From Gemmata obscuriglobus (GTDB lineage: Bacteria; Planctomycetota; Planctomycetia; Gemmatales; Gemmataceae), in NCBI RefSeq assembly GCF_008065095.1, contig NZ_CP042911.1, positions 5,760,001 through 5,792,000 of the forward strand: a stretch of 32,000 bases of DNA. The letters are read 5' to 3'. The notes below the pieces were generated by a model. The model ran no database searches. It saw only the letters and a program-made list of their open reading frames with translations, and was not told the origin of the DNA. Position 1 is the first letter of the stretch, and the number at the start of each line of letters is the position of its first letter. This document shows, piece by piece, positions 17,601 through 24,439 of the stretch. Position numbers and translations under genes: made by a program.

Positions 17601-18171
17601 TGTTGGTGATGTGGATGGTGCCGCGGCGGGGGTCCGGCAGGGCTTCGGCGAAGTCGCTGTGCAACTCCAACTGCACCAGGGTGGCCTTGCCCGGCCGCAT
17701 GTCGGCCGGGTTGGTGATGACCCGGTCGAACTCCAGCACGCCCTTGTCGGCGTGGATGGTCGTGATCTCGGTGACCTCGCCGGGCTGGCGCAGGTGCTCC
17801 CGCCGCTCCTTGCTGAAGATCGCGATGCTGAACGGGCTGAGCGTGACGCGCTTCGAGTTCGGGTTGCTCGGCGCTTTGCCGGCCGCGACCACGATCGACG
17901 ACTCGCCGTTACGGATCTCGATCTGGGTCTCGTAGTGGGAGTAGTTCGTTTCGGGGCTGTTCTCGCCGAACGCCACGACGAGCTTGTGCAGCGTCTGCGA
18001 GGTGCTGCGCTCGGGCGGCACAAAGCTCCCGGGGTCCGCCGGCACGAGCATCTTGGCGGGGAGCTGCGGTAGCCCGTCGAGCCAGCCGAGCAACTGTGCG
18101 TAAGCGAAGTACGCGCCCGCGGACAGCATGAACCCCGCGAGCAACAACATGGTCCGCCGCGGCGTCAGCAT
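14641..18171 (-). CDS. Giant membrane-anchored periplasmic protein with repeated LptC/LptA(OstA)-like blocks and Pro-rich linkers (1176 aa)
   Basis: The start is taken at ATG 18169-18171 (MLTPRRTMLLLAGFMLSAGAYFAYAQLL, a TM helix), 11 nt after the kdsC stop with GGAG between. The track start at 18519 adds 116 Arg-rich codons overlapping kdsC and is rejected. The CDS itself is secure; the Lpt-like assignment rests on synteny and motifs only. Confidence 0.8.
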   Translation of the reverse strand: MLTPRRTMLLLAGFMLSAGAYFAYAQLLGWLDGLPQLPAKMLVPADPGSFVPPERSTSQTLHKLVVAFGENSPETNYSHYETQIEIRNGESSIVVAAGKAPSNPNSKRVTLSPFSIAIFSKERREHLRQPGEVTEITTIHADKGVLEFDRVITNPADMRPGKATLVQLELHSDFAEALPDPRRGTIHITNNQRSSDPNRALVLRTVGPMFYRDPKAVAGTPAANGPDFWTDAAVEIVDRQNLPRPVGSAAPVAVPTRSEENRHSGAVAAILSGQRLPPPTITALGLRVYLEQKQATGQPKPAPKPGASPMNGVRRVEFLEQVVMNLWVDNGQSIVGGTPAPGQPPPPKNSGLALVPPPPAIAAVTGGLGPIGYNARLLNRALLQIDTRGPFSYDAEKALARFDVVPHSDPNLPNDVQVTKIPAHGGASSLYSQVLELEFNGGPTGAARPSNAPAIKQLHAWTQVPNGYITLASDDNSVVAYGRDLVHQQAESRTRLSGTPLRVVQGRSELSAGTPQEPATLIIEPGPPPQAGPGQPAVRKQQMTVRGAGKIEMRDPGTNAVTFSASWRTSLLQSRDLIDGREQDVFVLTDNAKFDDRKADYWLTGNVLKVWMEPRADKAAGAPELSSPTGGAKPSRVLAVGNVKSHSAEYDITYADQLTVHITDAKPVVVTRAVAPPTKDPAPAPQPGPTPLATPVPPKPPEPAAKAPEKPKPPHQISAKSIEMHLTRFTAPSPAGPKPKEPAAESVRYQLNHARCEEAVNVHQDPTDPSKSRGVDILGRLLLIDGSADGSVMTVYGWPNRLGEVHQEEMSLLGPEVVLNQVRNSASVTGRGALTMPTNSDLAGGELRQPEVVVIHWRDKMTFDGAKRSAQFVGKVQATQGESSVNCHTMNVVFDRPMYFNTAQKQAAAREGNTSKAKLDKVFCYPAPGDTADVERDLEVRFNQVEHDKDGKPIKVQQLSASELRMFAQAQEPGSKETFQRIIAEGPGRVRIWQQGEANPVGPAGGAAPQPMQPVPKNDQEMKLTIVEFSGRMTAVEKGKVYREATFGDNVKAVSVPAKSPTLAVNMNNPPDRAVLMTCSKKMVVWSHKKQNAALEQVMEAVGNAYVQSDDYDGSAETIKTHGKAVDLIGSATIPARVMSRGGQGTEKTGKIISYDRSTGSVNIVEGFGGRINPNK

Positions 18172-18182
18172 GGCACTCCGGA

Positions 18183-18716
18183 TTAAGTGGTGTAGCGGGC
18201 CGTCACTTCGCCCCAGCGGCCCGCGAGCTTCAGCAGCCACTCGATGGCGTCGCGGACGGCCCCGTGCCCGCCGGGCACGGCGGTGACGTAGTGGGCGACC
18301 GCGCGAGCTTCGGTACAGGCGTCCGCCACCGCGACCGCCAGTCCGCACGCCCGCAACACGGGGACATCGGGCAGGTCGTCGCCGAGGGCGCACACCCGGT
18401 CGGGGGGCACCCCCGTTACACGGAGCACCTCTTCGAGCGCCGAGCGTTTGTCCTCGCGCCCCTGAAGAACCGGCGACACGCCCAACTCTGCGGCGCGGCG
18501 CTCGACCGCCGACGAACACCGACCCGACACAATGGCGACCCGCTTACCGGCCGCGCGCCACAACTTCAAGCCCGACCCATCGCGCACGTGGAACCGCTTT
18601 AGTTCGCGCCCGTCGTCCAGGTAGGCCACGCTGCCATCGGTCATGACCCCGTCTACGTCGAGTAGGAGGAGTTCGATCGCGGCGGCGCGGGCGGCAAGCT
18701 CGGAAGTCTGCATCAC
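18183..18716 (-). CDS. kdsC: KDO 8-phosphate phosphatase (HAD-IIIA)
   Basis: LLLLDVDGVMTDG (HAD motif I), VAIVSGR, GDDLPDVPVL (motif IV), about 176 aa. The track start is GTG at 18716, and an adjacent ATG at 18713 is equally possible. Confidence 0.9.
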   Translation of the reverse strand: MMQTSELAARAAAIELLLLDVDGVMTDGSVAYLDDGRELKRFHVRDGSGLKLWRAAGKRVAIVSGRCSSAVERRAAELGVSPVLQGREDKRSALEEVLRVTGVPPDRVCALGDDLPDVPVLRACGLAVAVADACTEARAVAHYVTAVPGGHGAVRDAIEWLLKLAGRWGEVTARYTT

Positions 18717-18717
18717 T

Positions 18718-19752
18718 TTACGCGCTCTTACGGCCGATCAGGCGCAAATGGGATTGTGAATTTGTTTCACCGGCGTGCGAGTCGAGTCCGATTAGGTCGG
18801 TAATGTCGAGCATGCCGATCGGCCGCCCGTCTGCATCGACCACCGGCAGTTCGCTGAACTTCCTCGCCTTGAGCGCGTCCAGCGCGACCGTGACCCGAAC
18901 CTCGGGGCCGATGACGACCGGTGCGCGCGTCATGACGGCGGCGATGGGCGAATCGAGGAGCCGGTCCTCGCGGTTCTCGAACAGGCGCGCGAGGTCGCTG
19001 TCGGTGAACAGACCCGAGAGCCGTCCGGCGGCGTCCGTGAGCATGATGGCGCCGGTCCGGCGGCCGGTGTGCCGCACCTTGGCGAACACCTCGCGCACGG
19101 TGTCGGTTTCCGGGGCGACGCGCAGCTCGTCGCCGCGCCGCATCCACTCGGAAACCACCGCGAGCTTCCGCCCGAGCGACCCGGCCGGGTGGAACGTGGC
19201 GAACTCGTCCGCGGTGAACTGGCGCTGCTCTACCAGGGTGAACGCGAGGGCGTCACCTAGCGCGAGCATCACGGTCGTGCTGCTGCTCGGGGCCAAGTTG
19301 AGCGGACACGCTTCGATGACGGGGCCGTAGACGACGGCCGCGTCGACGGCGCGGGCGAGCGTGCTCGCCGCGCTACCCGTAATCGCGAGCACTCCGGCGG
19401 CCAACTTCTTGAGCGGGGCGATGAGTCGGATCAGCTCTTCCGATTCGCCGCTATGGGAGAGCAGCAGGGCGACATCGTCCGGGTGGACGCTGCCGAGGTC
19501 ACCGTGAACGGCGCGCGTTGCATCGAGGGTGTACGCTCGGGTGCCCGTGGAGTTGAGCGTGCCGACGGTCTTCTGCCCGATGTCCGCGGATTTCCCCACG
19601 CCGATAACCGCGACCCGCCCACGACACGCGAGCAGCACGTCCGCGACCCGGTTGAACCCGTCGTCGAGCCGACCAGCGACCACGTCGAGCGACGCGGCTT
19701 CGGCGCGCAACACACGGCGGGCGTATGCGAGTTGGTCAAAGGGGGCGGTCAT
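18718..19752 (-). CDS. kdsD: Arabinose-5-phosphate isomerase (KpsF/GutQ family; SIS + 2 CBS)
   Basis: SIS signature VIGVGKSADIGQKTVGTLNSTG with a C-terminal CBS pair, 344 aa. Its stop lies 1 nt before the kdsC start. Confidence 0.9.
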   Translation of the reverse strand: MTAPFDQLAYARRVLRAEAASLDVVAGRLDDGFNRVADVLLACRGRVAVIGVGKSADIGQKTVGTLNSTGTRAYTLDATRAVHGDLGSVHPDDVALLLSHSGESEELIRLIAPLKKLAAGVLAITGSAASTLARAVDAAVVYGPVIEACPLNLAPSSSTTVMLALGDALAFTLVEQRQFTADEFATFHPAGSLGRKLAVVSEWMRRGDELRVAPETDTVREVFAKVRHTGRRTGAIMLTDAAGRLSGLFTDSDLARLFENREDRLLDSPIAAVMTRAPVVIGPEVRVTVALDALKARKFSELPVVDADGRPIGMLDITDLIGLDSHAGETNSQSHLRLIGRKSA

Positions 19753-19830
19753 GATGGGGCACGTCCTTGTGCCGTAGAGTTCGAGAAGATGGGGTAATAA
19801 CGTAACTCGCTGTCATTTGCAACGGGTGTA

Positions 19831-20061
19831 ACTGGTCAAGTGATCAACGGAGTGCAGGACATACTTTGCGACGCCAAGTGAATCCCGAAATGCGATACGC
19901 CGTAACTGGCTTGTTGAATCAGTAGTTGCGATAGCCCTCTGTGGGCGTGCTCCCGACCCCCATCGGACAATTTTCCGACTCCGGTTCGCGAGGGTCAGCG
20001 GAAACCAAGTGAAACAGGGGTAGCCAATCGCAAACCCGGTCCTGCACTCTGATCAACCAGT
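19831..20061. other. 231-bp element closed by about 23-30-nt imperfect inverted repeats (candidate structured RNA or MITE)
   Basis: Left arm ACTGGT-caag-TGATCA-acgg-AGTGCAGGAC (19831-19860) pairs with right arm GTCCTGCACT-c-TGATCA-ACCAGT (20039-20061). Just inside, tttgcga (19865-19871) pairs with tcgcaaa (20028-20034). There is no ORF, and the element abuts the left end of the first ISAs1 copy. Confidence 0.35.
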
Positions 20062-20144
20062 CAGGGCAGGGCTGCGCACGGATCGGTGCTAGGTAAGCTG
20101 CGGCATGTGGGTATGGGTGCGGCTCCTCGTTTCAGGGGCCGTCG

Positions 20145-21288
20145 ATGTCCCGTTCCCTGGTCGAGCGATTGGCCGAGCTACCGGCCCCGCGGAGCCATCA
20201 CGGTCGCCAGCACCACTGGTAGGCCTGTTGACCCTGTACTTGGTAGCGGTGATGAGCGGGCACACCACGCCTGAGGCGATTTCTCCGTTCGGGCGACGGC
20301 GGCAGAAGCGGTTGGGGCACGCACTGGGGTTCCGGCACGGCAATATGCCGTGCCCCAACACCAGCGCGGGGTTGATGCGGAAGTTGGACGCCGACCACCT
20401 GGACCGGATCATCGGGGCGTGGCTGGCGGACCGGCACCCCGACGGGTGGGAGCACCTCGCGTTGGACGGCAAGCGGTTGCACGGGTCGCGAGACGGCGAG
20501 GTGCCGGGGGTCCACCGGCGGGCCGCGTGCGCCCCGGGCGTCTCGGCGGTGGTCGCCCAGATGACGGTCGAGACCACCACCCACGAGCACGAGGCGGCGC
20601 TCCGGTTGCTGGGCGTGTTGCCCCCGCTGGCGGGACCATCATCACCGGGGACGCCATGTTCACCCAGCCGGACGTGTGCGCCGCGGTACAGGAGCGAGGC
20701 GGGGATTACATCCTGTACGCCAAGAGCAACCAGGGTACGCTGTGCACGGACCTGGAAGCCGCGTTCGCCACCGCCGCGGGGGCGATTTTTCCCCCCGGGT
20801 TGCCGCGTCAGTGGGACCGGGACGCGGGCACCGCGTGTGAGGTGAGCAAGGGGCACGGGTGGGTCGAGCGGCGCACCATGACCAGCACCATATGGCTCAA
20901 CGAGTACTTGACCCGGTGGCCCGGGGTGCAACAGGTGTTCCGGCTCACGCGCACCCGTCAGGTCGGTGGGAAGACAACCGTGGAGGTGGTGTACGGGATT
21001 TCTAGTCTGAGCTCGGTAGCCGCGGCACCCGATGCGTTACTCCGGTACACCCGCACCCACTGGGGCATCGAGAGCCGGCACCACATCCGCGACGCGACCT
21101 TGGGCGAGGACCGGTGCCGGGTGCGCCGGGGCGCCGCACCACGGGTGCTGGCGGTGCTGCGGAACGTGGCCGTGTACCTGCTCCGGCGCCTCGGTACCGG
21201 CACCATCGCAGCCGTGATTCGGACGGTTGGTGCCAAACCTGAGCTGGCACTGGCGGCCGCCCATCAGCCAGTTTCAGTCTCTGAGTAG
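20145..21288 (+). pseudogene. ISAs1-family (H-repeat/DDE_Tnp_ISAs1) transposase, copy A, at least two frameshifts
   Basis: The reading is split over three frames: MSRSLVERLAELPAPRSHHGRQHHW* (from ATG 20145), then ...PLVGLLTLYLVAVMSG...LALDGKRLHGSRDG...LRLLGVLPPLAG, then TIITGDAMFTQ...YILYAKSNQ...HGWVERR...THWGIESRHHIRDATLGEDRCRVR. The frame breaks lie at the short C-run 20213-20214 and the G-run 20632-20634. It is colinear with copy B. Element ends are unclear, roughly 20060-21296. Confidence 0.8.
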
Positions 21289-21296
21289 CCCTGTAG

Positions 21297-22550
21297 CCCA
21301 GGGCCTTTCCTTGATTCACTCTACGTAACTCCGATAAGTCCCTTGGCCATTGCCGGGTCCATCTGGAGCCGCTCGATCGCCTCCGGGCAACTCACCGCCT
21401 TGACCTCACGCCACAGGTGCACCACGGCGTTCCGCAGCGCCGCCAGCACCTGTGGTGCGTGCCCCATGCGCACACGACACGCGTCCTCGCCCAGTGTCAC
21501 GTCACGCACGTAATGCAGTTCGTTCTCGATGCGCCAGTGCGTCCGCACATGGTTCAGGAGTGTGGCCGCATCCGCCTTCTCGGCCGACAGGCTCGTGATG
21601 CCGAAATGCACTTCGACCGTCGTTTGGCCTCGGACCGTCCGCTCACGCGTCAACTGGAAGCCCTGCTTCACCCCCGCCCACGTCGGCGAGCACGTCAGAA
21701 TCGAGGTCGTTTGCAGCGTCCGCTTCTCGATGCGGCCGTGACCCTTATCGACGGTCGTGGCGATGCGGCTCGGGGCGGGCGGAGGCCGATCCCCAGGGGG
21801 AAGTGGCCGCCGCGATCGATCGGGCGGCGGTCTCGAAGGCGAACCCGGCTCGGATGTCGATCCCCAATCCGGGTTGGTTGTCCTTCACCGTGAGCACGTA
21901 GTCGCCGCCGGCCCCGACCACCTCCTCGGCCAGGTCTCGCTGGCAGAACATGGCGTCGCCGACCACGACCTTCCCTCGCAGCGGCAGAATGCCGAGGAGC
22001 GTCAAGGCGGCCTTGTGCCCGTTGGTGCTCGCATCGACCTTGACCTGGGCGAGTACGGCACCGACGGTGGGGGCGTATGCGGCCAGCAGGTGCTGACCGG
22101 GGATCGCGCCGTTGCGAGAGCCTCGAAGGGTCTTGCCGTCGATGGAGATGTGTGTGAAGGCGGCCGGGTCGACGCGGCTGGCGATCCAGTACGAGAGGAC
22201 GTGCTCCAGTTGGTCGGCGTCGAAGCGTCGCAGGGTGCGGGAGAGCGTGGAAACGGCCGGGGTCTTGCCGCGTCGGAAGCCGAGGGCATGGGCGAGGGCG
22301 GGTCCGTGCTGTCGCCCGAAGCGAGCGATGCCATTGAGGCTGGTGCGCCCCATGAGCATGGCGAGGGCGACGAGTCCGAGGAAGGGGGCGAGTGGGTGGA
22401 TAAGGCCGTGCTTGCTGCGGGGATCGGGAACCGCCGCCAGGGCATCGACCAGGGTGCAAGGAGACATGGGTACCTTCCTGGCTGCGAGAAGGCGCCCCAC
22501 ATAGCCACGTTCCCTCGTGTAAGCAAGGTGAAATAAGGAAAGGCCCTGGA
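21297..22550 (-). mobile_element. ISAs1-family insertion sequence, copy B (1254 bp)
   Basis: Terminal IRs are cccagggcctttccttgattcac (21297-21319) and gtgaaataaggaaaggccctgga (22528-22550), with 20 of 23 positions complementary. They enclose the transposase frame. I saw no clear target duplication. Confidence 0.75.
21321..22467 (-). pseudogene. ISAs1-family transposase, copy B, one frameshift in a G5 run
   Basis: The N-terminal part starts at ATG 22465-22467 (MSPCTLVDALAAVPDPRSKHG...SIDGKTLRGSRNG...VVVGDAMFCQRD...YVLTVKDNQ). The frame is lost at ggggg 21796-21800. Removing one G restores ...TSPGDRPPPAPSRIATTVDKGHGRIEKRTLQ...VKQGFQLTRERTV...THWRIENELHYVRDVTLGEDACRVR. Confidence 0.8.
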
Positions 22551-22887
22551 GGGGCACCCAACCACATCTCCGCAAGTTGAATCAAGGTAACGAATCACTA
22601 TAATTAATCAGACTTCCGATTGGTCCACGCGCAAACCGTGACCTGACATCGGTGAAAGGTGGAACCACACTGCTGACACTACCCACCCGTTCGCGTTTCA
22701 TTACAATTTTTCAATCGGCGAGTGCAACTCTAATGTACCGAAATTTTGCGAGGCAATGGATCAGTGCTAAGTTTGGCCCAATAAAATGGCGGCCAAAGAT
22801 AACTTAAACGGGTTGAATCCTGACCAAAGGTGTGTAAAGCAAAAGTAATGGAACTGAATCCCAGTTCATACGCAAATGCTCAACTTT

Positions 22888-22958
22888 TACCCGGTAGTGT
22901 AACGGTAGCACAAGAGATTTTGGTTCTCTTTGTCTAGGTTCGAATCCTAGCCGGGTAA
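22888..22958 (+). tRNA. tRNA-Gln (anticodon UUG), 71 nt, no encoded CCA
   Basis: Hand-folded cloverleaf: 7-bp acceptor tacccgg/ccgggta with U1-A72, D stem gtgt/gcac with loop aacggta, anticodon stem agaga/tctct with loop ttTTGgt, 4-nt variable loop, and T arm ctagg-ttcgaat-cctag. Confidence 0.85.
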
Positions 22959-22964
22959 CTGAAG

Positions 22965-22989
22965 CAACCCCTGGAATTTCCAGGGGTTG
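22965..22989 (+). terminator. Hairpin directly after tRNA-Gln
   Basis: Perfect 11-bp stem caacccctgga / tccaggggttg with loop att, followed by the T-containing tgtcgttc. Confidence 0.5.
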
Positions 22990-23342
22990 TGTCGTTCATG
23001 TTCCCCGCTTGTACACCAGAATCTCGGTACGCCCAACAATAGCCCAACCTATTTTGGCCGACCATGCACCGCACTCACCCGCGGGCCACCAGCCTGCACC
23101 GGATCTTGGGACGAACTCGGAGCGCGAGCCTCGGTGTGCCCGGGGAGCGCCTCGACCGACACGGGGTTGCGGGTTGCTGAGGTGGACAGGTGTGACCGAC
23201 ACGGCCGACGGATTACCGTCCGCATCGGTCGGGTGGGCTCGCTGAGCAAAACGTGTTGCCGGCGGGACGTCGGCCTGATACATGAACCCGCCGAAGCTGT
23301 CCCATTTGGCTTGTCGTAAGTTCTTGGTCGGTAACGCGTTCT

Positions 23343-24287
23343 ATGAGGCTAGATGCGGCAGTCACGGCGGGTTCATGTATGAGAGCGGACCTGTTGCGGG
23401 AGTGCGGGGTGACCGAAGCGGAGTGGCAGTCGCTCCCGAACGTGGGGGCGCGATACGCCGCACTCAACCCCTGGTGGGGTGCGGATGGGAACACGTCCCT
23501 CACTCAATCGCGCAAGAGCCGACTCCTGTGGGCCGGGTGCGCACGCACGGGGTACGTCCGGCTGCCGTGGGTGTACCGGCTGATGGTGGACGTTGCCGAG
23601 CAGGTCGCCGACGGGCTTGTTCCGGAGTGGACCGAACTCCAAACGGCGCTCTTCTGTGGCGAGGAAGGGATCTGGGGTTGCGGTGACGACGTGGCGATGC
23701 GGCAAGCCGCGATCGACAGGCTCGAAGCCAGGCTGCGCGACGAGCACGGGCTGAAGCCGAGTGGCGACGAGCCCCCGTACGACAGCCCCGGGCAGGAATG
23801 TTGGGAGAAGCAGTGGGCCTGTTGGGCCATCCACGGTACGCCGCCATCAGGCCGCTGGATCGGCGACGGCCGTGTTGTGTCGGCCCTGTTCAGCGACATC
23901 TTCGGCAACTCATTTCGAGCCGCAACGCTGGGCGCGAACTGGCTCACCGATACCGCGGTCGCGATTGCCCGGCAGGCGTACGAGTCGCGAGACTTCTCCG
24001 CGCTCCCGATCTTGGCGGATGCCCTCCAAGACGCCGGGTGCGACTCCGCCGACGTTCTCAGCCACTGCCGCGACCCGAACGCCCCCCACGTGCGCGGGTG
24101 CTGGGTGGTGGATCTGGTGCTCGGAAAAGTGGCTGACCGGCCCGCGCATCCGGCAGACGGTCAGTGCCCCCCTTCCCCGCCATCGGCAGGCGACGGCCCG
24201 CTCGTCTTCTTCGACGTCGCCCCGAGCCGCTCGGCGAGTTGCCGCATCACCTCGTCGGTCACCTGCTGTTCGTCGAGCTTGACATAG
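23343..24287 (+). CDS. Member of a planctomycete paralog family of unknown function (TEAEW ... DIFGNxFR ... HVRGCWVVDLxLGK)
   Basis: VTEAEWQ, SRKSRLLWAGCARTG, SDIFGNSFRAATLGANWLTDTAVAIARQAYESRDFSALPILADALQDAGCDSADVLSHCRDPNAPHVRGCWVVDLVLGK matches a family I recall as abundant in Gemmata-type genomes, which normally ends at ...LGK(E). Here the frame reads on about 50 further codons into the convergent recombinase remnant. The start may be 23343 or 23379. Confidence 0.6.
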   Translation: MRLDAAVTAGSCMRADLLRECGVTEAEWQSLPNVGARYAALNPWWGADGNTSLTQSRKSRLLWAGCARTGYVRLPWVYRLMVDVAEQVADGLVPEWTELQTALFCGEEGIWGCGDDVAMRQAAIDRLEARLRDEHGLKPSGDEPPYDSPGQECWEKQWACWAIHGTPPSGRWIGDGRVVSALFSDIFGNSFRAATLGANWLTDTAVAIARQAYESRDFSALPILADALQDAGCDSADVLSHCRDPNAPHVRGCWVVDLVLGKVADRPAHPADGQCPPSPPSAGDGPLVFFDVAPSRSASCRITSSVTCCSSSLT

Positions 24288-24439
24288 TGCCTCATGACGG
24301 TGTCCGCATTGCACCCGATCGCGATCGCCGCCTTCCGAACGTCAATGCCGGCCCGCCACGCGACGGTGAACGCCCGCTTGCGGAGCTGGTGCGAGTGGAT
24401 CTTGGGCCGGTCCGGGTGGGCCTTACTTAGTCTATAGAC
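24161..24439 (-). pseudogene. Tyrosine recombinase/integrase, C-terminal catalytic remnant (about 92 codons)
   Basis: ...KIHSHQLRKRAFTVAWRAGIDVRKAAIAIGCNADTVMRHYVKLD resembles the HxLR ... G[HC] ... RHY box II region. It is cut at its 5' side by the IS at 24440. Confidence 0.55.

Noticed and set aside
18172-18519. 116-codon N-terminal extension of the giant ORF (track start at 18519).
   Set aside because: The extension is an Arg/Gly-rich stretch that overlaps the kdsC coding region. The ATG at 18171 has a GGAG 5 nt upstream and is immediately followed by a TM helix.
22987-23686. Track ORFs 22987..23319(+), 23009..23245(+), 23282..23686(+) and 23213..23503(-) just downstream of tRNA-Gln.
   Set aside because: They have no motifs, overlap one another and are compositionally implausible. 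The 23343 frame is the only one with recognisable family modules.
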